Below, in pieces: positions 50,827-63,523 of a stretch of DNA of 64,000 nucleotides. A program made the position numbers and the translations under genes. The stretch comes from Laetmonice hystrix (Eukaryota), in the NCBI GenBank assembly GCA_965235115.1, contig OZ249436.1, forward strand, positions 13,020,001-13,084,000, given 5' to 3'. Under the pieces are notes generated by a model, which worked only from the letters and a program-made list of their open reading frames with translations, did no database searches and was not told the DNA's origin. Each line of letters begins with the position of its first letter. Within the stretch, counting starts at the first letter, position 1.

Positions 50827-51199
50827 TTAGCTATACCTGGAATTCGGAACTAATGAGAAGATATCTTAAAGGTTTACATACAGTGAAATAATGTAAAATC
50901 ACGCGCTTCCTGGTCAAGCCTGTGGCCCCTTGCGATTTGCCAAACGCCAGGGCGACGATCGCCAGTCAATTACCAATAATTTCGACGGAAACATAAGCTT
51001 TCCTGCGACACGCCGATCGATCGATGGTCGATCAGATCGCACGGCTTGAGCATGTCACAAAATGGATCACGAGGCGTTGCTTGCGTATCGATATCAGCTT
51101 GGTTAATGCCCCCACACTTCTCCCGCATTGATTCATGAAAAATCGCGGCGACATCGCCAAGAATCCCCGGGCGACATACGCCTGACCTCCACGGTTATG

Positions 51200-51412
51200 T
51201 CACCTCTGGGATGATGATGAAAGTCGGTGATTCTTGGTGGAGGAAACCGGAGTGCCCGGAGGAAACCACCGACCTTCGGGAAGGAACTGACTGACAAACC
51301 TTTCACACATGCAGCCCTGGCCGGGGATCGAACCCGGACCGCAGCGGTGTGAGGCGATGGTTCTATGTGTCATGAGCCAACACCTTAGACCATTCGGCCA
51401 CCCGAGGCCCCC
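51200..51412 (-). mobile_element. tRNA-derived SINE with V/Meta-type conserved core
   Basis: Minus strand shows box A TGGCCGAATGG, box B GGTTCGATCCC, then the core GGTGGTTTCCTCCGGGCACTCCGGTTTCCTCCACC typical of metazoan SINE superfamilies, and a short (TCA)n tail. Confidence 0.8.
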
Positions 51413-53653
51413 GGGATGAGTCGGCGAGGCGAGGGATCGCCATTCCAACACGACGGAACCAGTCAGTATATCTGGCCAACTGTTCTACCCAATTACAATC
51501 TCACCATTTCCTCTCACTCTTCTCAAGTTTTACAATGTCAACAGATGACACATACCTAGGACCCATTTAAATGATGGTTCATGAATCATGACGTTTCTCT
51601 CAAGAGCATGCCAAGGACACACCATGCACCTAGTAATTCAACCGTCATTAGAATAAGGCATATTATATGCCGCTGAAGCAAAGCCCCATTTCAAATTTCA
51701 AACCAACATGAATGAACCTAGTCCTACTAAACGGTAACTTATATGCCATCATGTTCTTTACTTTCAAATAATGAAATTCAGATGATACACTTAATCTAGG
51801 ACATTAGGTTATACAACCGCCTCACCTACCTGCTCCCCAAGCTATTGTCCGACGCGCCTTCCCTCTGCGCTGTCAATGCTGTTATAATATAAGCTGTACA
51901 GAACCTGAGCCAACACCTAAAAGGCCTGACACCACCTGCCTGAGTTTACCGTCTAATGTCTGAGAGCTTATGCTAACTGATGCCAATCAGACAGGGAATA
52001 CAAGTCATATTGCGCCTGCAAGTGGCTGGGCAAGTAGGCAGGAGTCTGGCGCAAAGGTCGATCGTTCCGTTCTAGAGTTGTATTTATGAGTCAGCATGAG
52101 GCAGCAGGAGGTAAGTGGTCAGACATCTAACTTACCAAAAACGTTTTGCCTCAAATCAGGAGCTAATTGCGATCCTGTCAGATTATTTTGGTTACGTTTA
52201 CCCCGTTGTAGACAGGAGACAGCTGTCTAGGATCGATCAGGAAAATACATGAAATTCGGGAGCAGTAATAAAAAAAAAATACCTGTACGATCCCTTGGTG
52301 TCATTCGATAGGTCTAACTATGAAATGTCTCGGTACGATTCGTTATTCAAAATTTAGTTTGCTGTTTCTCAGCTTTTTTCTTTGTTGAATTTTACTAACC
52401 AATGTGGTTATCATGGTAATTAAGTAGAAGTTCTATTTGTCCTAGGTGATAACGTCGTCGGTAGTGATGGAAAGATTGTATTCCAGGTTTCCTGGTTTGA
52501 CCTCCCACCCGAAAATGTCCTCTGGGTACTCCGTCGCCAAAAAAAACACTTTGAAAATCATACATGTGCCCCTCAAATGTCTCAAATACAGACTGGGAAA
52601 GTCTCTGTACCACTGTTCAGTATTGTAAGCTACTTTCATATAAGCCTATAGTTGTAATTGGCTGGAAATTATACCCTGCTCTGCTCACATCCATAATACT
52701 ACTATCAAGTCCTTTAAAGCCCTTTTTATATTACCGAAAATTATATTTGCTTCATTGTCATGTAGCATCCTGAGGTGTGTGTTTGACCATAAGAGGAGAC
52801 TACGTGTAAGGTTTACAACGCCGCAGTATGTTTCACAAATTATTTTGGTGTCTGTTATTACGTGCCGGAAAGTTGGAAACGTGTCAGCTCCCTAAAGACA
52901 TAACCGCATTCTAAGTTGTTTTTTGACAGCGCATCATGGATTGGTGATAGCCATTTGAAGAGCCATTCTCACCAAATCGCGTGTCGACGGCCCTTTGAAT
53001 CCTTTTCATGACGTGGTCGTGGTTCGCACCAAGCAAATCAGAAACGGTGTTTGCCAAGAATAGCAAATTAAAGTTTGGCTTTGAATTTTTATTAGCTGAG
53101 GTCATTTTAATTAATTAAACGTACCGATGTGTTTTAACATTAACATCTTAGCATGTATTAACCCTATTTGGCACATCACCTGGAAAGACCTAAAGTTCTA
53201 ATCCCCGACACATCTGATAAAAATCTACCAGTTGAACTGTAAGAAACATACGTGTTGGAATCTACAAGCGTGTCACAACAGTGGCAACAACGGAAAAAGG
53301 GTCCGTTTTAGGGACTTTTGCCCCAAGTCACTGCCACTACCTTGCAGTGTGTCAACAAGCTCACCTCTGACACAAAAATAGTACTGTTAACCTAATTAAA
53401 GGAGTACTTGCTGTGCTGACGGCGAGTGAAGGTTTACGTTAAGGCAGAAACGTGTTCCCCATGAATACTCTTCACACGAAGATCACATGTTTCTAATGCT
53501 GTCTTCCACTTCTCCCACCGTCAAGAAAGAGATGGAATTACTTTCAAGCCTTTGTATATATATATAGGAAGTAGAATTGCGCCTCCGTATATTCACAATC
53601 AAGTATTTAAAGCCATTACTCAATGGGTATGCGACAGCTTGTCCCATATCCTG

Positions 53654-53808
53654 GGGCCAGTTTTACTAAAGGTCCTTATTTAAGGACGTCGCTAATTTAA
53701 CATTGAAGTGAATGGGTTGCTAGGTCCAAAATAACGACCTAGCAACCCATTCACTTCTATGTTAAATTAGCGACGTCCTTAAATAAGGACCTTTAGTAAA
53801 ACCGGCCC
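53654..53808. mobile_element. Fully palindromic MITE, probably PIF/Harbinger-derived, CTG target-site duplication
   Basis: 155 bp made of two 73-bp inverted arms (2 mismatches) around a 9-nt loop. Termini GGGCC...GGCCC, with CTG on both flanks (53651-53653, 53809-53811). Confidence 0.8.
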
Positions 53809-56800
53809 CTGCTCTTTTAGTTAGGTACATCCACTATATAATGATTTGTTTTTAACTTTGTGGAATACATGAGTGCAAAAGGCAGTTGAATAGGGGCCAT
53901 TTGATGATATGTGTGCGGGAGTTGATCTTCTACTAATACAATGGAAAACCTCCTAAGAGATTAACTCGAGCCGAATATTCTGTGTTTACTTGTGTAACAG
54001 ATGCGGGAGAAGACTATTCAACATTATCAAAACATCATTCACCCACTTAAAGTCTATTGACAGTGAATAGCAAAAAGCCGGGAGACATACTCTTCAATAT
54101 CAACAGTGGTATATTGCCCGTCTCAAGTGTAGGGCTTACCGATCGAGGACAGGTGAAACCGGGCCCGCACGTTTTTTTAAACTGCCCTATAGGGTTTAAT
54201 AGCTAGGTTTCAACATTTCACAGTGCCCCGGGGAGACTAACACCAGACTTTGACAATACCAGTGCCCGATTCTGGTCGGGTTCAGCCAACTGGGGGTAGA
54301 ACAAAATGGAGAGAGAAAAATTAATAAATGGAGTGAGATAAAAAAAACACAACAACCCTTAATTTAATATCACATTCCCTACTTCTGGATTGTGTGTCCT
54401 GATCAACAGATTTTTACTCAAATTGGGTGACATGATTCCATGTTACGAACCCGATATCCCATTAACTACTTCATATATTTCACTGCATTCGTATACATTG
54501 CATGGTTTTCTTTGACGATATTAACCACAAAGCACTAAGTTTTACCCGTACATCGGAGACCAGGACTGAACTCTGGAATTAAACCGGAAGCATGCAATGA
54601 TACAGATATTCTCTAGATATCAAAAGATAAAAAGGACGGCGCCGTCATTTATTCATGGCTCCGCGACATCGTCTTCCCCCTGTAGATGCCCTGATTGGCT
54701 CGGAGATCCTCATCAGAGGTTGCGAGATAACCTCACAATGTATGAGGCAGGTTTGAGCCTAGCTCAGTCGGATCTAATGTTGCCTGATCCAATAGTTAAA
54801 GCTGCAGGATGAACGAGTGGTTAAGGAGGCGGACGTCTGCAGCTGATCAGATGAGCTGTCAGCGACGAGCTGCACGGCTAACTGCTGTAGGTGATGGAAG
54901 GCCGCCGGCTGGAACCGCGCTAAGGCCAACTGAGCTCACCTTCTGCAGCGGCTGTCTTACCCTGACTTGTTTAATAATCATGTAGCTTGTAACTCACACG
55001 CAGACTTGTACCGACTAGACGCCACCACTGCCCGGTGGACATATAAGCTCGACTCTTTTTTTCAAACAGGAGTCTAGGTGTCAAGACGTGAAATATAAAG
55101 TGACGAAGCTGGATTACAGGAATGACAGCCTCTAATGTCTTCCTAGTTTAGACTGCTTGCATCTTTGAATGCTTCATCAGCTTCATCTTCCCCGCACATT
55201 ACCAGCGCTTCACCACAAACTGAGATCTGACGGGTTGGGATATCTTTTACACGGACGTCACGCACTCGCTGAGCGGGTTTCTGGCAATCTTTCCGACCCA
55301 ATCCAGTTCTCACGCATTCTACTTCAAACTACTAATTTTATTAATATTCAAAAATGCGAAGGTGGCGGTCGTTTGTGAATTATTTTCCACTGTCGAGTGG
55401 ATTAAAGTGAAACTTAAGATATCTGCACCGTCTAACAACTCACCAATAAGATGGACTGCGGCTGTAGACTCTATACTCAAAACCTTAGTATGCATTATTA
55501 AAATACAAGGAAATGTTTTGTGATGAGACGACTCGATGAGGCCCCTACCATAGACACCGTCGAAATCTTTGCCCCTGATTGCTCCTTCACTGGAGCCGAA
55601 ACTTTTAAGGTTTTGTAAGTGATTTCTTCTTTCGAATATCTTTACTGTGACGCCCTTTAATAAAAGGACACCAGCACGACCGCTTGTCAACTGATCAAAA
55701 ATAACTGACGTCACTTGTCAGTTGTCTTGACGTAAGTCTTGCCGTCCTGATGCCTGTTGCTATGCAATGCACAGAGGTCAGCACTAGCGGCGATACAACG
55801 GAGGATGCGACATTACGTAATCTCTACATCGCTAGGTGACGCCAATTGTTCTTGAGGAATTATCACCATACCGACCGCCCCGCCCCGCACATTGATTGGT
55901 TCCATGGGGGGGGGGGACCTGATGAGAAAAATATGAATGGGTAGACCGACGCAATTAGATTCCTACTGAACGCAGCAGAGTATTGTGAGGGAAGACGCAG
56001 CACGAGTCGGACAAATGCAAATGCTGATGGAATGATCAGCTACTGATAATGAAGCACGATAGACGCAATTCTCTGTCACTCTCGTGGAACACTTGGGCTG
56101 GGATGTCCTGATGCCCGTTGCTATGCAATAAATTTCGAGAGCTCACTTGTAAACTTGGGGAGTATAGTTCGAATAAAGCTCGGTAGACAGCGAAGTTACC
56201 ATAGGGGCCTAGTTACTTTGAAAGGACTAGATTTATCTAGTGAAAATAAATTAAACTCTATGGATTTCTACTTTTATAGCATAGTCTACTTCCCTTTCGT
56301 ACGCATTAACCTATAGCCACCCTCACATAGCGTTTTAAAGCTATTGAAATATGTTTCGTATATCAATCTATAGCATCACATTTTAATTGGCAATCATTAA
56401 AGTTGGTATAGACATAGAATCTGTCCCTTTGAACAGTCCCTGTAAATCATTTCAATGCTCTTATTTCACTGGCCAATTCAGGGGCCTACTGGCCCTCCTC
56501 CTATACCAGACCACCGCCATATGATTCTGACTCACATGTAGATAGTTTGATACCAACAACTGAATCGATTGAGATCGTACCTCGGCCCAGATATCAGGTG
56601 GAGTATATTAATGTTATGTCAGCCAGACGAGGCCGTGTGATGGGTGCGGTTACAATGAGAAGGAGCATGGATAAGACAATGGACGAGGTGGGCTGTGGGC
56701 ACAAGTAGGGTCAGGGGTCGGTCGATTCTAACCGAGGCTGGGTACAGGGGGGAGTGGCCGGAGGACCGGCTTACGTACGGCCAGCTGGGGCAACCACTGG

Positions 56801-59294
56801 GCTGGTGGATAACATCAAAAGTAGGCTTGCATTAACCATGACGGTCTTACTGGCTGGCAGGCTGGCTGGCAGATAACCACACTAACAGTAAAAGTAACTG
56901 CAGACCAGTCCAACTTCACTCTCTGACAGCAGCAGCAGCAGAACCAGCAGCAGCAGCAGCAACCACTACCTCAGCAGCGCCAGCCTGGTCCAGTTAGTGA
57001 AGACCAGCAGCACAACTAGGAGAAACGTGCATCTACCTGTTGCTTCTACCGAGCAGGATGCTTCACAGGCCTCCAGGGCATCACTGAGCAAAGCCAGCAC
57101 CGCAGATATTAGTCCACTACTCCCGACATGTCACTCCAAGTCCAAGTGGGGTTTGTACTCCCAACACTGTGCGACAGTTTGCCGTCCACACTCCAATGCT
57201 GGTGACAGTAGACAATACTCCCATGTAGTATATCCCTATTGTGTGGACGTAGCGAGGATGAATGATATAGCGGTCAGCGTTGACGGGCAGGCAGGGCATG
57301 CAGGCTGTCGTCCTGCCACGCTGCATTCAGCCGAGCCGAGCCGACCGGCCACCGGCCAACAACACCTCGTGTCCGTCCATACAGGCACCAGCCAGCACAC
57401 GGCGCGCCTCACGCATACTTCATCTTACGCACTGCTCGGACACGGCCACCATTACGTAGGTTGGCACTCACTGGGAGGGAGGGACTCGGCGCTTTCAGTT
57501 TAGCCTTCTGCTCTGGCTGTGGTCTGTCGGCAGAATTATCATCATCAACACCATCGTCACCACAACCACCACCTCCAGCAGTGCTCAACGTCTGCGACGG
57601 TGGCGACTGCAGCACTACCAATGTCCACGTGCCTCATGACCAGCCGATCACAATCACTCGTCTACATGACACGAGTAGAGTGCAGTTCATATTGAACAAA
57701 CGCAACAAATTCACTTGGGGCGCCTACATACCATAATGACTCTACCATATCTCATGTCCCTTCGTGCCAAATATCAAAGTGAAACATGATACGTATGAAA
57801 TGGTTATCGAGCTACAATAGAAAGTGGAAACCTACCCTGCTACTATTGGGGAAAGTCAGGCTTTAACGTTGGAAACGTACGCCACATGAAGGCTCTTGTT
57901 GTCATTTTCGCATGAGGACATTTGAAAAATAACCCTCTACTTTATGAAATACAGAGCCATGGAAGACCCCCCCCCCCCCCCCAAAAAAAAGAAAAAACTA
58001 TGTGTGTGCCATGATAATAATCCTGATTAAGCGAAATACAGTTTCACTTTGCAGTTATAAAGAAGGTATGCAGCGATCACAAAGATTTGTACCTCTATTT
58101 CTAATTTGAACTTTCCCATACAGTTGGTTTTCAATCATCGGCCTAATAACTCTATTATTGAATATTGAATATTTCAAAATCATCATCGGTCATTTACTTT
58201 GATTTGAGAGAATAGTTCACTCCTCATTGTCTGGAACATTCGTGTATAAACCGACCATATACCAGACATGAGGATGTAGATTATCATCGGAGTGACTCTA
58301 TATAATGGGGAGCCACTGAAAGTCCATCATTTATTTTACCGCTCTGCTGGGACATATATCCCATTAGGATCAAATATTCATTAGCCAACAAGAAATAATC
58401 CGAGTCCTCGGCAATTGGATCTTTCGGACCCCGACAGCACAGATATAGGAGGCCTATACGACCCTTTTGTCACTGACTCACTGTGAAGTATTCATGTTTT
58501 CTGTCCCTGTATTGGCCTGATTCAAAGCGATACCAGAATACCCGTGTACAACAACCTAACATTGGGGCCGGGTAACGAACAGTCTTCATTCATCTGGTCA
58601 CACCCGCCACTCAGACCGAGTGGGCATGGACATTGATACCTTATGCTATGCGAATGGGTACAGTAATCTTGGGGCCGAGGTTCAATTCCAGTAGAGGACT
58701 ATACAACTTTTCTCTTTCCGGACATTCTCAAAGTAACTGGGTTACGCCTGATGCCCGTGCATCTAAAGAAAAAAATCACACACTTATTGTGTTTTTACGC
58801 TGAGATCACCCCTCAAATTTCGGAACAGAATCACTGGTTAAACTCTTTGATCTAATGCCCTTTTCATGTGTTTTCGTCTTCTTGTTTTAAAAAGGGATGC
58901 TCTTTGTTAATGAATGTCTGGTAAGTTGTTTGGCGCTGCTCCATGAGTGAAGCAAACTTTGGCGTGTTCCTGCGCCAGCAGCACTGCCAGACTTGACCCT
59001 TCTTTGTGATGGTAAACATACTTCGTTACACGTGTAACGTGTACAATGATTCTCCACCTTACAGTAAAATGTAATTACAAATGTAATCATGACCCCATCA
59101 CATCTAACCAATTCGCAACATAATCGTCTTGTTTTACACTTTAATTAACTCCGAATCAGAATGATCTGCTCTTTCCGATCTATCCACTTCCACTTGTAAT
59201 CACAACCTCATTCCCGAAATAATTATTCATAACTTCGTTACCGACTCTGTGACCAAAGACCTAGGACCTTCGACCTTATGTTTAACAACACCTG

Positions 59295-59298
<4 letters not shown>

Positions 59299-59330
<32 letters not shown>

Positions 59331-59427
59331 GAGGAGGAGAGAGGGGGAGATGAGAGAGGAGGGGCGATAGAGGGAGGGAGGAGGAGGAGGAGGAGGAGCA
59401 GGAGGAGGAGCAGGAGGAGGAGGAGAG
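59299..59427. repeat. (GA)n / (GGA)n polypurine microsatellite
   Basis: Direct inspection. Confidence 0.93.
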
Positions 59428-60307
59428 CTACTCGCAGTCAGCAGGTCGTTGGTTGTCTAGAGATGAATGATAACTATCATAGGCAGACAGCGTCACCTTT
59501 ATCATTCCTTTTCTAATTCTTATAAAGCACCAATTCATTAGTCTTGCGTAGCGGTGTTCTGTTTCTTTCGCTTCCAGCAGGACTCCGCGGGAGTAAATCC
59601 GATCTTTCATTAGTGCATCATAAGGTTGGCTCACCCTTTCCCTAAGAAACAGTGGATGTGTTTTATATAGTCACATGTGTAGTATATATGGTAGTGGTGA
59701 TTTCGGGGCGAGAGTGTCAAACAAAGCGTTTGCTATAAGTTGCCAGCTCCTGGCCCGGCTGGCTCGTGGACACATTTCTTAAGATCAAACCCTGCATAGG
59801 CTGTTCAGAAATAAAGCTTTTACATTTCATTTGCCGGACGACACTTCCCGCCCCATACGATGAAAGTGTCACCGGATCCAACTGTGCCTTTCATCTTTTT
59901 TCCAATAATACCGACACCTGTATCAACATTCAGGTATGAGCCAGTCAGGCTGACGTATACCTGCCGTTACACCTAGTCTGAGGCAGACATCAAAGTTTTA
60001 TTTTTCTTTTTGAACCGACGCGGTGATATTCTAAGGTTAAGATCAAGGTGGCTCAGTAGGGCTGCTGATATCATGATGACCTCTCAGAGTTATCAATAAG
60101 TAAGTTTATTTTCTGGGTAAAATATTTTATAGTCTGCGATAAGGCATTACTCCTGAAACGTTGCCATGTTAATAAAGTCAGATTGGTGAGTTTCCACACT
60201 TATTGTTCTATAGACTGCCTGACCTCCGACAATTATTGAACGCCGTTGGGGCGGCCTAACATCATATAATTGACGTGCCCTTTCTATGTCACGGCAGGAT
60301 GACTTAC

Positions 60308-60334
60308 CTGGATGGTAGAATGACTGCTGGACAT
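60308..60334 (-). CDS. Candidate first coding exon (MSSSHSTIQ), would splice in phase 0 to 46580
   Basis: ATG followed by 8 codons and a consensus CAG|gtaagt donor. Phase fits the tactag|GAC acceptor, there is an in-frame stop upstream, and an X-box lies ~290 bp upstream. Short, with no homology support. Confidence 0.3.
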
Positions 60335-60624
60335 GTATCCTAACCACACGTCTGGGAACGTGCCCTACAGACCCTGGGACGTTATATGGTTTACCTGGTT
60401 GCTGCCATGCTAGGCAGTGTGCCGGGCAGCTAATGTGTCCACTGCAGGTCAATTATCATAACCCAGGCCTCTGGTTACGAGGCGGATATCTACTGGAACC
60501 CATTCTGAACCTACTCGACAACCACATGACACACGCACCACTCACACTACGCACACACAAATGTACGCACACACAGACAGGTTCCAGCCTTGAGCCGCAT
60601 CCTTCCATGGCAGCACTACATGCA

Positions 60625-60638
60625 GTTGCCTTGGTAAC
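60625..60638. promoter_or_regulatory. RFX X-box-like motif GTTGCCTTGGTAAC
   Basis: 12/14 identity to the palindrome GTTGCCATGGCAAC and a full match to RTHNYYWTRRNRAC. Upstream of the candidate first exon on the minus strand. Confidence 0.4.
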
Positions 60639-62461
60639 CAAGCTATCCTTGACAGGATCTAACCATGGCAAAGCTGGATGCGGAGACTGGGCAACTCTGG
60701 TTAAAACGCCCGCTGTCTCCTCCTGGTACTCTTCAATAGTGACTCCCCGGAGACAGGCAACCCTAGAAAACATTCTCCATCAAACACCCACACTGATCAT
60801 CAGGAAGGAAGCAGGCTAACACACCATAACCGTAACCTATCATTCAAATGATAAACACAAGAAATCCAGCGTGAAATCTAATATACGGTATCCGGTTCAA
60901 TGTGCTCTCACTCATCGTTACATTTGGGTCTTCTTTATTGTACTTTTTCTACTAACACTAGCTGTTTGTCCTCCCACTGACTTCGACTGACGGGTGCTCC
61001 ACACCGATTCCATTTTTAGAGTGAATTAATGCAGTTATCATGTCATTGACTTCCACGGTTAACTTATTGTCAGAATCAACATACAAACCCACGTGAATGC
61101 AGCATGTAGACATCTATTAATATTTTGCTAACCAAGTTTATGTATTGTATGGTAGCGTACCCTGATAATATAATATGCCCGAATATTAAATCGGATTAAA
61201 TGACATTAAAATCATGCGCACTGCATATTATATTAGTTTAATATTTACCTCAATCGATCCATTTTTTTGTTCAAGCAAATATTTGGGACGCTGTTTTATG
61301 ACCGCCATGTTTTGTATGTGTTTCAGTCTAATTATTTGTAGATGATATCAATATTAAGCGCTCCAGTTCAAACCGTCTCGTCCCCCAAGGAGACCATAGG
61401 GACCAGCAGGCATGTTCTAACAGCCATCAGGCTGCCTCCAGCCAAGCGTATAGCAGTGTCAGAATGACTGTGAGAACTTCGATGTGCACAATAAGTCATT
61501 AAATTTGTCCTTACTGAAATATCCATCAGATTGCAAGTTTTACAAACGTTTATCTCGTAGATTATCATATGATCTGGAGCATGTGTTTAATGAGTTTTTT
61601 AAATATATTCTAGTATTTTATCTATAACACGGAGACGGAGGCCGATAGCAGCGATCAGTGGCCGGCCCATTCTGCGCCATCTGTTTTCTGTAAGTACCAT
61701 TAACAGCCGTTCTAATCTCAGTTCTAATGCTTGGCTGTTTACGGTTAGGCGGGTTAGTCCGGTTGAAACCGTTCAACAGAAAACTGACTGATGGTTCTGT
61801 TGTTGTACGCCTGTATAAGGCAGAAAGCTGTTAATGATGTTGCAGAGCAGAACAATCTGTTTGATGTAAGCTACAACACAATCCAGGATCAGCTATAAAC
61901 TATAAAGTATAATTTCTTACTTACGTTCATGATACTCTAAACTGGATTCAACGGAACTGTCAAGGCCAATCACACTACTCATCCTTATCCACGTAACAAA
62001 ATAAATGACTTTAACGTTTTTTCATAGTAAATAAAGCAAGATAAAAAAACACCTATCATACATGACATTTTTTTATGACGGAAATGTCAAATTTAACAAA
62101 TAAATAAATAATAGTATCCACATAATATGCAGACTGCCTTTGACATAAAACTGCACCATGTTTTTTACAGTAGCGTAAGAGAGACGGATTCTTGAACGGT
62201 CTCCTGTTTGATATCCATGTCGGTGCTGGTTTAGATGCGTCGGCAGCCGGTATATAGTAATAATGTGCTTTGGTAGTTTTTTTGTGTGTGTCAGACAACC
62301 CGACGCTATTAAACAATTACGCCATAGATAATGGTGGGTAAATAGGTCCTTATAATTATAACTTGCGGCCAGGAACACCTGTAGGTCAACTGATCGTTGC
62401 ATGGCTGACACTGCAATATTACAGTTCATGACATCTTGATTCAGCCATATATTACATAGCT

Positions 62462-62535
62462 GTCTCTGTGGCGCAATAGGCTAGCGCGTTAGACTGTTAA
62501 TCTAAAGGTTGGTGGTTCGAGCCCACCCAGGGACG
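62462..62535 (+). tRNA. trnN-GTT: tRNA-Asn (anticodon GTT), intronless
   Basis: Full cloverleaf: acceptor GTCTCTG/CAGGGAC, D stem GCGC/GCGC, anticodon arm TTAGA-CTGTTAA-TCTAA, T arm GGTGG-TTCGAGC-CCACC. Near-identical to canonical animal tRNA-Asn. Confidence 0.97.
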
Positions 62536-62539
62536 GAGA

Positions 62540-62548
62540 TTTTGTTTT
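62540..62548 (+). terminator. RNA polymerase III terminator (T4 runs) for tRNA-Asn
   Basis: TTTTgTTTT beginning 5 nt after the tRNA 3' end. Confidence 0.75.
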
Positions 62549-63523
62549 CTTTCTGAAGGTTGACGCCCTCTTCACATTAAGATAAGCGATTTTAGCATTG
62601 CGAGTGCGCATGGTTTGTTTGTTTGGTTTCACGAGAATGCGAATGACTTGTTAATGTTCCATCTTGAAATCTCTTCAATACAAATATAAACTAAGCTCAA
62701 CTAGAAAAAAATTACAGGCTTCAAGGCTTTTTAGGAAAAGGTACCAGATTTACCAGAGAATTATAATCACGCCGTTATAAAAACAAATTACCTGATAACA
62801 TCTAAGCATTACTAGCTTTACTGAACGCATCACTTAGAAAAGTGCTCAAAGGCTGAACTTTGCAAGGCCAAGCCTGCACCAAGGATCACTTTCGCTACAC
62901 TACTCACATCGCGTCTGCCGCACAAAGCCACCTCCCTTTGCTATTTCACAGACAGTGTGCCAAGGTCTATTATGTCATAATGATGTCAGGGTTCATATCC
63001 TATTTATATCACCGGCCTTTACTTTTCACGCTAAGCTGCTCAGTAGTACAGCAGCCTCCGTTTAGTCACCAATAAAGGGTAAGCAATACAAGTTTGACAT
63101 TTATTTTCAAATAAATAAACGCCTATTTCAATCTCTGTGATACACACCTCTAAGAAACAGCTAGCAGAACAAAATTTCTAGAACTACCCAGTACATAGGC
63201 GCCGGAGGGGGGGGGGGGGGCTCTCGGGGGTGCGGTGCGAACCGCCTCCTCTTGCCAGCGGTGCCCCTAAAATCGGACAATAATTCTCTCAGTGCAAAAG
63301 CATCAATTATCGTCAGTGTACCAATGTAAAGGAAGTCACCTTCAAGAGGAACCGATCATAATTAATGAGTATCAGCTGGACTTGACAGAAGCCATCAATC
63401 AAAATGACAGTTGTATGCCTGTCATATAATAGGCCTAATTGTCTGCCGCCACTGGGTTTATGAAAAGAATCTTGGCAAAGCATTGCCGACGTTACGCATG
63501 AACCACCACCCTGGCTGGACACA

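Noticed and set aside
55319-55714. 131-aa minus-strand ORF
   Set aside because: No splice sites fitting the gene model and no recognisable domain.
58600-58700. Isolated box-B-like GGTTCAATTCC
   Set aside because: No cloverleaf or convincing box A. At most a very old SINE head.
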